Shown here piece by piece: positions 45,301-59,177 of a stretch of 64,000 nucleotides of DNA. The stretch is from positions 1 through 64,000 of the forward strand of contig CBFFRQ010000018.1 of the NCBI GenBank assembly GCA_965644315.1, in the 5' to 3' direction. Positions within the stretch are counted from its first letter, which is position 1. Every line of letters starts with the position of its first letter. A program made the translations under genes and the position numbers. The notes beneath the pieces were generated by a model. The model was not told where the DNA came from, ran no database searches, and saw nothing but the letters and a program-made list of their open reading frames with translations. The stretch is from Caecitellus pseudoparvulus (Eukaryota > Protista > Bigyra: Bicosoecida).

Positions 45301-48300
45301 AGAGAAGGTGCAGGTACACGTCGATGTCGTCCGGCTCCACGCGCAGGTACATGATGAGGATCTTGGCCATGAGGCGCATCTCGTGGGCGTTCCGCACAAA
45401 GTGCTGCGAGTCAGCCGCCAGGCGGGCCCGCCGCGTCGTGTCGCGCCACATGCACAGCACTTGCTTCACCACCTCAGCGCGGTTGCGCAGCAAGAGCTGG
45501 GGCTCAGTCTTGCTCAGCAGGCGCACCAAACGCAGGCCTTGGTACTGCAGCTCCTGTGCACGCTCCTTGGCGCGCTCCTGCTTGGCTGCTGCCTCATCAG
45601 GGATGGAGCCGGGGTTGGCCAGGGGCGCCAGGGGAGTCGGCGTGTCCGCCAGGCCCAAGGCGGCTGCATCCGCCGTCACAGGCGGCGACGGCGCAGGCAG
45701 CTCCGTGCCGGTGGGTGTCTGCGTCTCGGCTTGCTCCGCGCTAGCGATGGCAGCGGGCGTGGCCTTGCGCCGGCGGGAGGACCGGCGGATGGAGGCGTCA
45801 TCGTCCCCACTGCCGTCATCCCCACCGCCCGGCTCAGCCGTGGCCCCCCCTTGTTCACCAGTGGGCGTGTCCACAGCCGGCCCCGATGCCGTCTGCAGGA
45901 AGGCAGGGGACGTGCCTGAACCAGGGGTGGACACTGTCCCCGCGGCGTCCCCCGTCGGCCGGGACTTGGGCTTCACCTGCAAGAGGTGCTTGCAGATGAC
46001 TGTCGCGCCCCAGTCTGACGAGAGCAGACGCCGGATACTGACCGAGTTCGGGTGCCGCACCAGGGCGATGAGCATGTTTGCCACCAACCCTCGAGACAAG
46101 TGGTGGTTCTTGGGATCCAGGAAGAACTTCACCGTCTCCTGCGCGTAGCCCTCCAGCAGCCGCGCAACTGGCTCCAGCAGGGGCGACGACAGCGGGCCGT
46201 ACGTACGGTACCTGTACAGCAGGCTGGCAATGTCACGCCAGAGGGCGATGACCCGCTGAGGCACGCTGGAGCCTTTGCGGCAGGGCAGCAGGTGCAGCAG
46301 GTTGAACAGCAGCGCCGCGACGTCCACCTCCCGTCCCCGGGGCGCGACACGGCCCTCCTGCACCTCCTTGGGCTGCCGCCACTTGGCCAGGCGCTCCAGG
46401 ACAGTGTCTGCAAGGCTCTCGTTGAAGTAGTCGGACAGCAGCGTGAACATGGCGCCCATACCTCGCAGCGTGGCAGTGGAGAAGCGAGGCTTGTCCGTGG
46501 ACAGCTGCTGCAGCTGGGAGCGCAGCAGTCCGTCCGAGCCCTGCAGCATCTCCCGCAGCAGCCCTCTCTGAAAGGTGGGGTGGGACATTATGCGCGCAAA
46601 GGCAGCATGGCAGGCGGCAACCACGCCCGGGTGTGGCGCGAACTGCGACTGCAGCAGCACACGGTAGAAGCGGGAGCGCAGCTTGGCCAGCCAGTCAGGC
46701 GGCAGGCGCCCGATGGGCTTGCCTGGCAGCATGGCGGGGGCGGCGGCCCCCGTGTCGCCATTCCCACCTTCGGGCTTGGGTGCTGGCGTGGGCGCGCCCT
46801 CCCGCAGCATGCGGAAGGGGTTGGCGTCCACCAACGCCTGGATGAGCTCTGCCACGGCACAGCGCAGGATGACTGCAAAGTTGGGCGGCGTGTAGTCCAC
46901 AGTGGGCGTCCCCGTCACGGCAGCGGTGAGGGCGTACTTGGTCAAGGGCGTGAAGATGGCGCTTGGTGCGATGGAGGAGCCGACAGCGCCGGGGAAGATG
47001 CAAGCCACCCCCCGCGTGAGCAGCCCCGTGACGCCGCCGTCCAACAACTCGCTTTCGAACGTGGCGAACCCCAACGTTGGCCAAGAAGCCTCTGCGGCGC
47101 TCTGCGCGGTCTTGGAGTGCAGGCTGTCCTTCAGCGGCACCAGCACGGGCTGGGCGGGTGCCTGTCCGAACACATCGCCAAAGGCTGGGCTGCAGGCACT
47201 GCCCAGCGTGTGCGGCGACGCCAAGACGGAGTCCAGGCCGACCCCTGCCACAGTGGGCGTCGGGTCCAGCACGTCGCTTTGCCGGGCCCGTGTGGCCAGC
47301 CGGTTCAGGCGCGCACACCACGAAGGCAGCTGCTCGTCCCGCGCAGACAGCTCCGGCAGCACACACTCTGCCGTGCAGGTGGGGCCGACGGAGGACGTGC
47401 ACATGGCGCGGGGCGCCCCAAGCGCACCGCGAGAATGTGACGTGGCGCGGTGGGGGGAGTACGCGTGCGCATACTGAATGCGCAAGTCCCCCCTCACGCC
47501 AAAGTGTGGCCAGCCCAGCTCCATGGGGTCAGGCCACAAGTACGGCACAGGGGACACTTGCATGCGCAGGGCGTGGCCAGCTTCTGGGTCTGCGTCAAAC
47601 TCTGGTTCACCCTCAATGGCGCCTACTTTCTTGGCTTCGGAGCGCCCCTTGTAGCTGGTGGGCGCTGGCTCCCGCAGCTGCTCCACGAGGGGCGCACTGC
47701 TTGTGAGAGCCAGCGCGTCAGACAGCATGACAAGGGCTCGCTCGTCCACGGGCAGCACGCCGGGCGCGTGGCGGCACAGGTACGCCATCATGTGCAGCTG
47801 CCCCACCTGCTGCAGCGGGCTCAGGCGCCGGAAGGAGTGCTGGTACACGATGGAGGCGAAGGAGCCTGCCCATGGCGCCAGCATGCTGCTCAGGTCGGTG
47901 CCCTTGCACATGGCGATGCGGTTCGCAAGGGCCATGCAGGCGTGCCGGGCAGGGCCTTCCCTGGCTGCCATGCCCTTGGCCACGGCCTCCAGCACCTGCC
48001 GGTCGGCTTGGTCCATGGCGGGGCTCATGGGCAGCACTGGCAGCACGCTGGACGTGTGGCTGGGCAGCACCTGCTCAGGGTCCACGCCATCGTCGGGCGT
48101 GTCGGGCGGCACGCCGCCCTTGCCCCCCGCGTTCACGTGCGCACGGGCTGCGCGGCGCACGGCAGGCACGTCCTCTGGCACCGGCTGCAACAGGGGCACC
48201 TCATACACTGAAAAGTTCGCAAGGGAGCCGCAGGGCTGGGCCAGCGCGAGGAGGGCCACGCCGTCAGCCTGCAGGGGGTCCTTCACGCCGCTGTCTCCGC

Positions 48301-51300
48301 CAGGCACAGAGATGGACAGGTCTGGCTTGGCGCTGCCGCGGCGGCTGCGGCGCCCTTCCAGCTGCACGTCGCCATCGCTGCCCTCGACACCGTCGGCCGG
48401 AGCGCCACTTGCGTCAGCAGCCCTCGTGGCCGCCAACAACCACTGCCGCGCTTGGTCGGGGGAGCTCGCAAGCACAGACTTCCCAGCTGGCCCCATGAAC
48501 AGCCCCAGCGCCTTCATGCGGCTCAGGGAGTCACCCGCGCCGCCTTCCTCGCCCGCGGTCGTGCCAGGGGGGGTGACGGCCACAGCGAGCACTGCCACAG
48601 CTGAGTACTTGTCGATCTGGCTGATGTTGGGCAGGCCTTTTGCAGGCATGGCCACTTCCGCGGCAGGGTCCGCTGACGCGTGGGGCATCAGCTGGCACCG
48701 CATAGCCCGCGAAGCTTGAGGGTGTGGCCGCAAGCCCGGCAAGGCCAGCGGCACCTTGAGCAACACAGTGCCCTCTGGCAGGGTGGACTTCAGAGACGCC
48801 CACGGGACACGGGCGCAGGGCAGGTACACGGACCGCCACATCATGTCCAGCGCCACACGGGCAGCCAGCAGCGTGGACGCCGAGTGCTGCCGCGCCACAT
48901 CTCGCAGCACGTGGACCATGGCCCGCGTGAGAGCAGGCATGCGGCGCGTGAGCTGGGAGTGTGAGAGAAGCTTCGTCAGTGCGATGCCCAGGCAGCAGGC
49001 GCCAAGCTGGGGATGGTGCGCTCTCACATACGCCGCGTGGGTGATCTGCTCCAACAAGTCGTCCACCAGGAACCAGCCCGGGTAACGTGCACCCTCCGCC
49101 ATGCCTGCCGCCTGTCCCAGGCGCCTCAGGTGCTTCAAGGTGTGCAGCATGACTCCCAGCATGCCCACTGCAACAGGCAGCAGGGCCTTCTGTTCTTGCC
49201 CTGAGACCAGCGTCATGATGACGTCAGTGAGAATGAGCGGGTTGAAGGTGGTGCCAGCCAAGACGCTGGCGCCAGTCCCAGTCGGCAGTGCTGAGGCGAT
49301 GTACGGCAGGCGCGGCACAGCCTTGTTTGCCGAGCGGCGCACCTCAGCTGTGTGCTTCGCAACTGCCAGCAACGTCAAGTGCCGCACCAAGCCGTGCAGC
49401 ATGCCTTGCGCTCCCTCGTGCAGGGCGGCATCCCCCGCTGCCAGGGCGAGAGCCAGCAACAGCCGCCGCATGCTGGCAGTCTGTGCAGCAGCAGCGTCGG
49501 CGGCGATGTGCTTCTCCCCTGCCTCGGCCCCAACCTGCCCCTGAGGCGACTGCTCTCCCGGCGGGCTGACGGGGGTGTCATGTGCGGCGACGGCCTCGGC
49601 GGCAATGGACTCTATGGCAGCCGGCGAGCCCAGTGCGCCAGCATGCTTGCCCAGCAAGCCCTGGAGAGCGTTGCGAAGAAGAGCCCATGCATGTTGCTTG
49701 ACGCAGCGCTTGGCGGCGGGACGGCCACACTGCGAAGGCGCACAGCGCTGCACCGGGGCAATGTCTGGCGCAACATCTGCCGTGTTGCCGTCTTTGGCTC
49801 CCCGGCTGCTGCTGTGGGAGGCCTGCTGGGACTTGGACAGCGCCCCCGGCTGTGGCAGGCCAGACGTCACCCACGCTTGCTCTTCCTCTTCATCGCCCCA
49901 CTCGTCTGCCATGATGCGGGCGATTTCCTCCTCCAACGCACTGCCTTCACCACCCTGTCGTTCGTCTTGACCGACAGGCCCTTCGCCATCGCTGACATTG
50001 GCGCTGCCGGCGATGGCGCCCGAGCCGACGGCGCCCCGCGGCTCAAAGTGCCGATTCAAAATGCGGAAGGCTAGCGCCGACAAGTCGTCAAACGGTAGCG
50101 TGACGCTGGGCAGCGATGCCGCACGCTGCGCCAAGGCCTGCCCTGCAGCTTGATCAGGCATGGCGCCTTGTGCCCTGAGCAAGGCGATTGCACGCTGGGC
50201 AGCGCCCGCGGCACCGCTGTCCTCGCTCGGCAGTGCAAGGTCGACGTCGGCGTCTTCCTCGGAGGTGGGCGGGCTTGCCGCCACAGTGGCCGAAGTGCCC
50301 TTCCACTGCAACATGAGCTGGACGCCCGGTGCCGGCGTGGCGATGTGCGGCATGGTGGGCGGCGCCAGCAGGAAGAGGCGATTGTTGCCGCCCAGCTTGC
50401 CCAGCAGCCGCAGGGCGAGGTCCCCGAACTTGGACGGGGCGGGGCGCAACAATGCCACCAGGGAGCCCATGAAGTCCTGCACGTGGCCGCCCGCCGACAA
50501 CAGGGGGTACAGGTACTCAGGGTTCAAGTTGTCGATCCAGAACTCAAAAGTCTTGAGGGCTTGGGCCTGCAGAGTGCTGTCCCGGGAGCGCAGGCCCAGA
50601 ATGACGGGGCGCACAAAGCGCCGGAGGTGCGGCAGCTGCGCCGTCAGGCGCGCTGGCACAATCAGGCACAGCTCAATGCAGGTGTCGCGGATGGTGGGGT
50701 CGCTGGTGGAGTCGTGCAGCGCCAGCAGGTGGTGTAGCAGTGCCGCCAGGAGGGGCGGGAACTCCTTGTACAGCTGGTCCAGGCTCTTGGAGCTGGTGGA
50801 GTCGCTCTTCGACACAGACTTGAACAGCGCCTTCAGCAGCAGCAGGTGGTTGGTGGGGTTGGACGTGTGCAGCGTATCTCGCAAAACGCCCAACACGATG
50901 GTGGCGACGTATGGTCGCAAGATGGGTTCATGCTTCATGAACAAGTGCGTGATGGAGGCCATGGTGATGCGGAACAGTCGCGTGAGCACGGCAGACCTTA
51001 CCTCCGGCGCGAACAGCACCAGCGGAGTGGCTGGGGAGATGCATGGGGCCAGGGGGTCTGCCAGGCACTGCGCGAAGTCAGCCGGTGAGATGCGCTCCGG
51101 CGCCGGTCGCCAAGGAAGCGGCGACGCCTCGGGGCCTTCTCCCGCGGCAGTGAACGTGTACCCCCGCACCAGGGCGGCAGCTTCACCCCCGCGAGCTGCT
51201 GCGATACTGGGCAGCGACTTTTCAGTGCGCAGGGGTGGTGCTTCCGCGTACGCAGGTGGCGTCATGCTTCCCACCACCACAGGTCCAAACGTGTCACAGG

Positions 51301-53790
51301 CACCCCCCTCCTCTGCCCCATCGTCCGCATCACCCAAGGCAAAGCGAGTGGCTGACCGCAGGGCCGCGGCAGCTGCAATGTGCACGGGCTCGGCCACGAC
51401 GGCCGGGCTGTCTGCGTTCAGGAGGTGGATGTGCCGGACGAGGTACTGCAAGACAAGGTCCGCGAACGGCCGGGCCGCTCGTTCGTTGGCCAGCAGGTGC
51501 TGGGCAATGGTCAGCAGCGACGGGTACCCCAGCAGGTACCGGAACAGGAGGGGCATGTGGGCATTCATGAGGTCTCGGAAGTTGTGCGAGTCCAGGATGG
51601 TGAAGATGCCAGCGAAGAAATTCGTCATCTCCGTCTGCTCAGCCGTGTCAGTCCACAGGGACTGGCTGCTGGTGCTGGGGGGCGTCCGCCGCCCCCGCCT
51701 CTGCGCCTCCACCCCCTGGGCAGCAGCGACCGGCAAGGCAGGCTTGCCCTCCCAGTCCGTGTGGGGGGGAAGGTGTGTGAAGATCATGAGGCAGCGCAGG
51801 CCCCACTTGAGGAACTTGGAGATGAGGTCCAGCTCCCCCTCTGTCAGCATGCCGCCGCCGCCTGGCTGCACGAGCTTGGAGGTGTCGTACGCTGCGCCGC
51901 CGTGCGAACCCTGGGGGGACCGCTTGTAGTTGCTGATGCACCACACCAGCGTCTTCAGGCCCAGCGTCATGAACTTCATCAACACCTTCACGTCCTTCAC
52001 GCACGCCATGGCATCCACGTGTGCCCTGTGGGTGCGCTGGCTGCCAGAGTCACTGCTGGTCATGCCTGCCACCAGCGGGTCATACCCGTGAAAACGCTGC
52101 AGCAACGCTTGGTCCCGCTCCGTCACGCCGTCTCCGAACTCGGTGAAGCCATCCTCGCGCCCTGGCTCTCCACGCACAGCAGTGGTGGAGGTGCCTCGGT
52201 GCACCTTTGCGCGGGTCTTGGCAGCTTGCTGAAGGGCTGGTGCGTCTGCAGGCGCCACCTCCCCCCGGGACACGGCACCCAGCAGTGTCGTGTGGGCCAG
52301 CTGCTCCGCCTTGATGCGGCGGTTGGCGAGGCGCGAGCACATTTGGCGCCGGGCCGCCAGAATGATGTGCGGAATGTATGCCTGCAAGGCGCCGAACTTC
52401 TGCACGAGGGTGGACAGGATGCGGGCGAGGAGGGACCGCCCGATGCTGATGTCCGCGGCTTCGTTGTGGTAGATGGAGTCCACCAAGTTCAGCAGGAGGC
52501 GCACCGAGGCGGACTGAATCGCCGTGGGCAAGGCGGGGTCGTGGGTATACCTGGAGAACAGCGTGATGACAATGGACAGCTGGGCCAGGGACAGCGACTT
52601 GCGCACCTCCTGCAGCAAGTCCACCAGCAGCAGAATGGCCAGGGGCCGCAGGGCGCTGGCTGGCTGGCCACCAGCCGTCTTCCCGATCAACAGAGACTCC
52701 TGCAGCATGGCGTCCACGTGGCCCTCCAGCATGGACTTCAGGGGGGAGCGCAGGAAGTGCCGGGTGGCGACGAGCACCTCCCGCCGCAGGTTGGTGCCGG
52801 CGGGGGCGGGCGGGCAAGAAGCCAGCAGGCGCACGATGGCATTCCCCAGGAGGTCTTTGTGTGGCTCCAGCAGCTTGTGGGACTCCCCCCGCAGCAAGTA
52901 CGTGATGAAGGAGACGCACTTCACCTGTGCCTGCACCAGCTCAACGTGGCGCTGGTGGGCGCCTGCTCCTGTGCCTTGCGGGCTGACTTGCAGAGACCGC
53001 ATCATCAACGGCACGAGCTGCTGCACCACTGTGTTTGAAGGCTGCCGCTGGAACTGCAGCAGGTAGATGACCACGATGGGCAGCTCCGTCGCGACCCGGA
53101 AGGAGGCTGTGGCGGGCAGCAGGCGCTCCCCCGCCGCAAGGGCCGCCGCGTTCTCACCTGTCACACCCATGGCGGACAGGCCTGCTTGGGGCGCTGGGAG
53201 CCCCGCTTGTTGGAAAACAATGCCTGCCGCGGCAGGCAAGGCACCGTAGCACCCCGCGGCGAATGCGAGGAAGGCGCCAGTGTGCTGCGATGCCTGGTCT
53301 CGGTGAGCCTTGTGCAGGTCAAGCACCACGCGCACGATGGCCGTGCCAACCACCTCATCACCTGTCTGCAACAAGCTCATGCAGGCATTCAGTATGCTGG
53401 GAACGTGCGCCTTGACCGCGTCCAAAGAGCCAGCCCGCTGCAGCACCTCCAAGCAAGCCTGCCGCAGCTTCAGGCTGTCGTCCTTGACGAATGTCTGGGG
53501 CAGTTCCGTCAACATGCTCAGCAGGGGTGGCAGCCCGGCTGTCAAAATTGTACTGGGCAGGCGGAGCGGTTGGGCGGTGGCGGCAGGGCAGGCTCAGACA
53601 CGGCAGCAAGTGCGCCTAGCTGCTGGGTTTGAACAAATCCCGCACGCGCTCACCTGCTGGCGGCCCCTGACGAAGAGCCCAGTGCATCCCTGAACGATTT
53701 GAGCGCCGCCAGGCGCTCATCCGTGGTGCATGTTGACGAGGCCAAGTTTGGCAGCCAGTCTAAGGAGGCACCCTCGGTGGCACCAGCCAT
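36371..53790 (-). CDS. TRRAP: TRRAP/Tra1 PIKK-family scaffold (SAGA/NuA4 subunit)
   Basis: HEAT region with SFRVATELPIVV, RREVLVATRH, LRPLA, ELCLIVPARL, TFEFWIDNLNP, ALRLLGKLGGNNR; FAT region WRERLPN..E....W..ILTWR; pseudokinase FRMTP; FATC end LRAQMPLSWEPWA. Short first exon from ATG 53790; intron 53553-53653 keeps the frame. Confidence 0.93.
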
Positions 53791-54142
53791 GACGCCGGTG
53801 CTGGTGTGGGTGCACGCTGCCGCTGGCCACCCCCGGTCGAACGTCCACGGCAGGCGTCGCGAGCGGGAGGCTCAGTGAGGGGTTGCCCTGCCCTGGCCTG
53901 CACTCCACGACTCAGAGCGATCCCGCGCCGATGCTAAGTCGAGTGATTTGCGCTTGCTCTCGGGCGCGTGCGAGGCTCACGGCGGCGGCCGAGGCAGCAC
54001 GAAGGCCCCTTGACAAGGGCTCCGACAGGCACCCCGACAAACCGAGTGCTCACAGCACTTTACACCCCATCACTCCACACTGATCAACGCAGCCAGCTGC
54101 GTCAGGATTGGAACTTCCGATCCTGCGTTGACGAGCCACGTG

Positions 54143-57100
54143 ATGGCCCAAGAGCTGTCATCCATGTCTTTGAACGGAGGCGGCAAAATGGAGGCAACCA
54201 AGCAGCCCCTGCTGGGTGCTGGGGACGGCGCGCCCGATATCGCGCATGCTGACGACGGTCTGGCAGAGGAAGTCGCCTTTGCCAAGCAGCAAGAGAGCAA
54301 GCATGGCTGGACTGAGGACCAGGCCCAAGATATCCTGTTCGTGTCTTGCCGCACTGCAGATTCCGCAGTGCGCTCTGGCTGCACCAGAGCGCCACCTTCT
54401 CTGCCTCTCCAGAAACAAGGATGGCTACAACGAGCTCGAAGAGAAGGAGGAGAACCCCATTCTCCAGGTGCGTGGCTGCATTTTGCACGGGTGTTCCCTG
54501 CATGGTTCTCTCCGCGCTGACCGCCCTGATGAACACGCCGAACCTCGCCTCCCTTGAACTTCGCAGTTCCTCGGCTACTTCTGGGGCCCCATGCCCATCA
54601 TGATCTGGATTGCCATCATCATTGAGCTGGTGAAGGGCATCACCACTGGTAGGTGGCACTCGGCGCTGCTCTTCGTCAGCTGCTGATGGGTCAGATTCCC
54701 CATCCACACCACCAATGTCAGCAGGCGCCCAGCACCACACCCGGCCCGCCCCGCCCTCCCGTGAACAGGCGATGGCTGGGAGGATTTCGGAGTGCTGTTC
54801 TTCCTGCAGCTGCTGAACGGTATTGTGGGCTGGTGCGTGCTTGCAGGCGGCAACGCGGGGCGTCCCCCGCACGACCGCGCTAAGGTTGCAGCTGCACTGC
54901 ACCTGACCCTTGCCTGTCCTTCAAACCTTGCTCCCGCGCTTCTCTCTTAGGTATGAGGAGATGAACGCAGGCAACGCCATCAAGGCCCTCAAGGAGCGCC
55001 TTGCGCCCGACTGCTTCGTGTACCGCAACGGCCAGTGAGTGCCTGCATTCTGCGCTTCTGTTGGCACCTGCTGTTCCCGCCGCACTCCGCCCGGCGTCAC
55101 CGTCGATTCGCACCTTCACCACAGAGGTATGAAGTCCAAGGCCCGCAACCTCGTGCGAGGTGACCTGATTGGCCTGAAGATCGGCGACGTCGTCCCTGCT
55201 GACTGCGTGCTGGTGGGCCCGGATCCCCGCCAGAGCTGCGAGGTGGACCAGGCTGCCCTGACCGGCGAGTCCCTCCCCGTGAACAAGCACACCCACGAGA
55301 AGCTGCTGATGGGCTCCGTCATCAAGCGCGGTGAGCAGGACGCTGTCGTGGTGGCCACTGGCTCCCGCACCTTCTTCGGTAACGCCGCTGGCATGATCAA
55401 CTCTGTCGAGAGCACCGGCCGCTTCCAGCAGATTCTGTTCCGCATCACTCTCGGCCTGCTGGCTGCCTCCCTCATCATGTGCGTCATCATGTTCATCAAG
55501 CTCGTCGTGGTGAAGGAGGATGGCTCCCCCCAGTCTGGCAACAAGTACCTGCGCGCCGTCTCTGTGGTCGTCGTGCTGCTCGTCGCCTCCATCCCCATTG
55601 CCATGCAGGTGGTGTGCACGTCCACCATGGCCGTCGGCGCCCGCCGCCTGTCCGAGAAGAAGGTCATCATCGCCCGCCTGTCTGCCATTGAGGAGCTCGC
55701 CGGCATGACCATCCTGTGCTCCGACAAGACTGGCACCCTGACCAAGAACAAGCTGGAGCTGCGCCCCCCCCGCATGGCCCCCGCTGCCGAGATGGACGAG
55801 GACGCCATGTACTTCTACTCCGCCCTCGCTGCCAACCGCAATATGAAGAACAACGACGCGATTGACAACTGCATGTGCAAGAAGGTCATCCAGCTGGACT
55901 CCCCCGAGGCTGCCACTGACGACCCCAGCGTTGACTGGGACCGCCTGGCTGAGTCTAGCTCTCGCTGGCAGGACCTCAAGGGCTTCAAGCAGGTGGACTT
56001 CCTGCCCTTCAACCCCACCGACAAGCGCGTGGAGGTGACGTGCCTGCCCCCCGCCTCCTCCTCCGGGCCTGGCGGCGACCAGCCCATGTTCAAGGTCACC
56101 AAGGGTGCCCCTCAGATTGTCCTGAACCTGGCCCTGGACGACCCCAACTGCGAGTACACCCCCGAGCAGGCTGATGCCCTCCGCGAGAAGGTCTCCGCCG
56201 ACATCCAGGAGCTGGCCGACCGTGGCTTCCGCTGCCTGGGCGTTGCGTACAAGGACGTTGTCAAGGACACACCTGTGGATGAGGAGGACGTGGACAACAA
56301 CCAATGGAACGGCTGGCGTTTCCAGGGCCTCATCTCCCTGTTCGACCCCCCCCGTGATGACACCAAGCACACCATCGACGAGGCCATGGAGAGTGGCGTG
56401 GAGGTGAAGATGATCACTGGTGACCAAACCGCCATCGCCAAGGAGACCTGCCGAGAGCTGGGAATGGGCACCAACATCCTGGAGTCCCACCAGCTGCACG
56501 CTGTCACAGAGGCCAACCGCATCGCCCTGGTCATGAACTGCAACGGTTTCGCCGAAGTCATGCCCGAGGACAAGTTCGACATCGTCGAGTCTGTGCGGTC
56601 TGCCGGCCACGTCGTGGGCATGACTGGTGATGGTGTCAACGACGCCCCCGCCCTGAAGCGCGCTGACATCGGCATTGCCGTCGAGGGCGCCACCGACGCC
56701 GCCAAGGCCGCCGCCGACATCGTGCTGACCGAGCCTGGCCTCAGCGTCATCATCGACGCCATGCAGCGGTCCCGCAAGATTTTCCAGCGCATGCGCAACT
56801 ACTGCATCTACCGCATTGCCTGCACCATCGAGCTGCTGCTGTTCTTCTTCGTCGCCGTCATGTTCATCAACCCCAACTCCGACAGCTACTTCGGTGCCCA
56901 GCCCAAGGACAAGTGCTGGACCGTGGACAACTGCGACAAGCAGCCAACCCTGGTGGAGCAGCTGAACGCCCACTTCAACGTCTTCACCCTGCCTGTCATC
57001 GCGCTGGTGGTCATCACCATCCTGAACGACGGCACCATCATCACCATCGCTTACGACAAGGTCATCCCCGAGAAGCGCCCCCAGAAGTGGGACCTGTGGG

Positions 57101-57825
57101 AGGTTGTCATCGTGTCCTCCTCTCTCGGCCTCGTCGCGTGCATTGGCTCCATCATCCTGCTGCTCATCATCATGGAGGGCTCCCTGCACAGCAACAACGA
57201 CCAGATTGGCCGCATCTTCGGCTCGTCTGACTTCAACGGCACTCACTTCGTGTCCTTCGGCGAGGCCCAGACGCTCCTGTACCTCAAGGTCTCCCTGTCT
57301 GACTTCCTCACTGTCTTCTGTGCCCGTACTCGCTTCTGGTTCTTCGAGCGCCGCCCCGGCTACGCCCTCGCTGTCGCTGCCGTCGTGGCCATGGGCTCCT
57401 CCACCCTCTTCTCCCTCTTCTGGCCATTCAAGGACCACGCCGCCAACGCTGTCAACAAGCACGCGTACATGGGCCCTCTGTCCGACTCTAAGTATGGCGT
57501 CGTCGTCACCTGGGCCTTCTGCATTGGCTTCTTCCTGGTGCAGGATGCCTTCAAGGTCGTCACGTACTACCTGCTGACCCTGCTCACCCCTGAGGTTGAG
57601 GACCGCATCCAGGACCGCCGCATGCAAGCCATGATGGGCCAGGGCGTCGCTGCTCTGGACCGGGAGGGCCGCTTGCTGCACGGTGTTGCTGGCGGCGGCG
57701 TTGCCCACCGCGAGGGCTACTCCACCGTCAAGACCGCAGAGTACGAGGACCTGAAGAAGCGCGTCGCTGCTCTCGAGAAGTCCCTGAAGTCCATGGCCCC
57801 TGCTGGTGGTGCTGCCAGCAGCTAA
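54143..57825 (+). CDS. Plasma-membrane P-type H+-ATPase (P3A), with several 5' introns
   Basis: GYNEL.E..ENP, FLGYFWGPMP, DQAALTGESLP, IPIAM, CSDKTGTLT, DPPR, KMITGD, MTGDGVNDAPALK, ITILNDGT. 5' exon boundaries are approximate. Confidence 0.93.
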
Positions 57826-58052
57826 GGGACAGCTGTGGACCTGACCACATGACTTGCGCAGGTGCCTTGTGCTGTTGACGGGCCCACACAAGGGATACCC
57901 TCTCGTCGGCAACCCGGCTTCGACGCAAGCCCTCTGCAATGTCACACGTCAAATACCACGAATGACACACCCCATCCACCCCTTGTTCTCCCCGACGCTG
58001 CCCTTGTGCGTGCCAACTTGTGAAGTTCAGTGGTCGGCCTTGCGATTTCCGC

Positions 58053-59177
58053 ATGGCAGCCTTGCATGCGGGGAGCGCTGTCCTGTTAGATGGCGGGTTT
58101 GCCACGCAGTGTGAGGAAGAAGGCGAAGACCTCTCGTCAGTTTTGTGGTCTGCGCTGCTTCTGGAGGAGAAGCCAGACGTGGTGAAGGCAGTTCACGCTG
58201 CCTACGCGTTGGCTGGCGCCCAAGTGCTCATCACCGCTACATACCAGGCAAGTGTTGGGGGATTCGCCTCGCTGGGCATCAACCCTGCTCGAGCTGAAGC
58301 GTGTATGAGGAGCAGCGTCACCATCGCTCGAAAGGCGCTGGCCGAATCTGGGGCGCACGGGCTCGTGGCCGGCTCCATTGGCCCGTATGGAGCAGCCATG
58401 GGAGGTGGCGCCGAGTACCGGGGTGACTACGTGCAGGACTCTCGCCAGCACCAAGCCGAGAAGAGTCCAACAACTCCTGTGATGGGTGCTGAAGGAACGA
58501 TCACGCCTTCTCAACTTGCCGAGTGGCATGTGCCCCGACTAGCTGCGTTGGCGAAGGAAGCGCCTGACCTGCTGGCCTGCGAGACACTTCCCTGCATCGC
58601 AGAGGTGACAGCGATCGGACAAGCGTTGGCCTCCCTGCCTTCCGCTGCACAGACTCCCGTGTGGTGCTCCTTCACCCTGACCGACGCTGCTACGCTGCCC
58701 AGCGGCGAGTCTGCACATGATGCTGTCAAGACGGCAGTGGAAGTGTTCGGCGGGCGCCTGCTGGGAGTGGGCTGCAACTGCGTGCCACCCAGTGTAGTGC
58801 CTGCATTCCTTGTACATGCCACAGAAGCCTTACAGGCTGCAGGCTGCAGTCTGCGACGCCTGGCGGGGCTGGACGACTTGCGGCGAGCGGTGGCAGAGTG
58901 CCAGGAAGGCACACAAGGCCCCACTGCGCACGCAGTGTGCCTTATCACATACCCCAACGCGGGAGAGGCATGGGACGTCCAAGAGAAGACCTGGGTGGCC
59001 CTTGGCCCAGAACATGGGGAAGCCGCCACCCCAGGGCGTCAGGCGTTCGTCGAGCAAGCAGAGCAGTGGGTCGCTAGTGGAGCAAGCCTGGTGGGTGGCT
59101 GCTGCCGAGTTGGCCCAGCAGTCATTTCAGCACTGAAGCAGGCCCTGTCTCTGCAGCCGCCCCTTCCATCAGGCTGA
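58053..59177 (+). CDS. Homocysteine S-methyltransferase
   Basis: LLDGG..T, LWSA, TATYQAS, GSIGPYGA...G.EY.G.Y, ACETLP, GCNC, YPNAGE.WD, GGCCR.GP. Confidence 0.92.
   Translation: MAALHAGSAVLLDGGFATQCEEEGEDLSSVLWSALLLEEKPDVVKAVHAAYALAGAQVLITATYQASVGGFASLGINPARAEACMRSSVTIARKALAESGAHGLVAGSIGPYGAAMGGGAEYRGDYVQDSRQHQAEKSPTTPVMGAEGTITPSQLAEWHVPRLAALAKEAPDLLACETLPCIAEVTAIGQALASLPSAAQTPVWCSFTLTDAATLPSGESAHDAVKTAVEVFGGRLLGVGCNCVPPSVVPAFLVHATEALQAAGCSLRRLAGLDDLRRAVAECQEGTQGPTAHAVCLITYPNAGEAWDVQEKTWVALGPEHGEAATPGRQAFVEQAEQWVASGASLVGGCCRVGPAVISALKQALSLQPPLPSG

Noticed and set aside
36327-53693. Many plus-strand ORFs (up to 708 aa) over TRRAP
   Set aside because: High-GC antisense shadows of the TRRAP exon.
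54880-57945. 1021-aa minus-strand ORF
   Set aside because: Antisense shadow of the strongly codon-biased H+-ATPase; no recognisable motifs.
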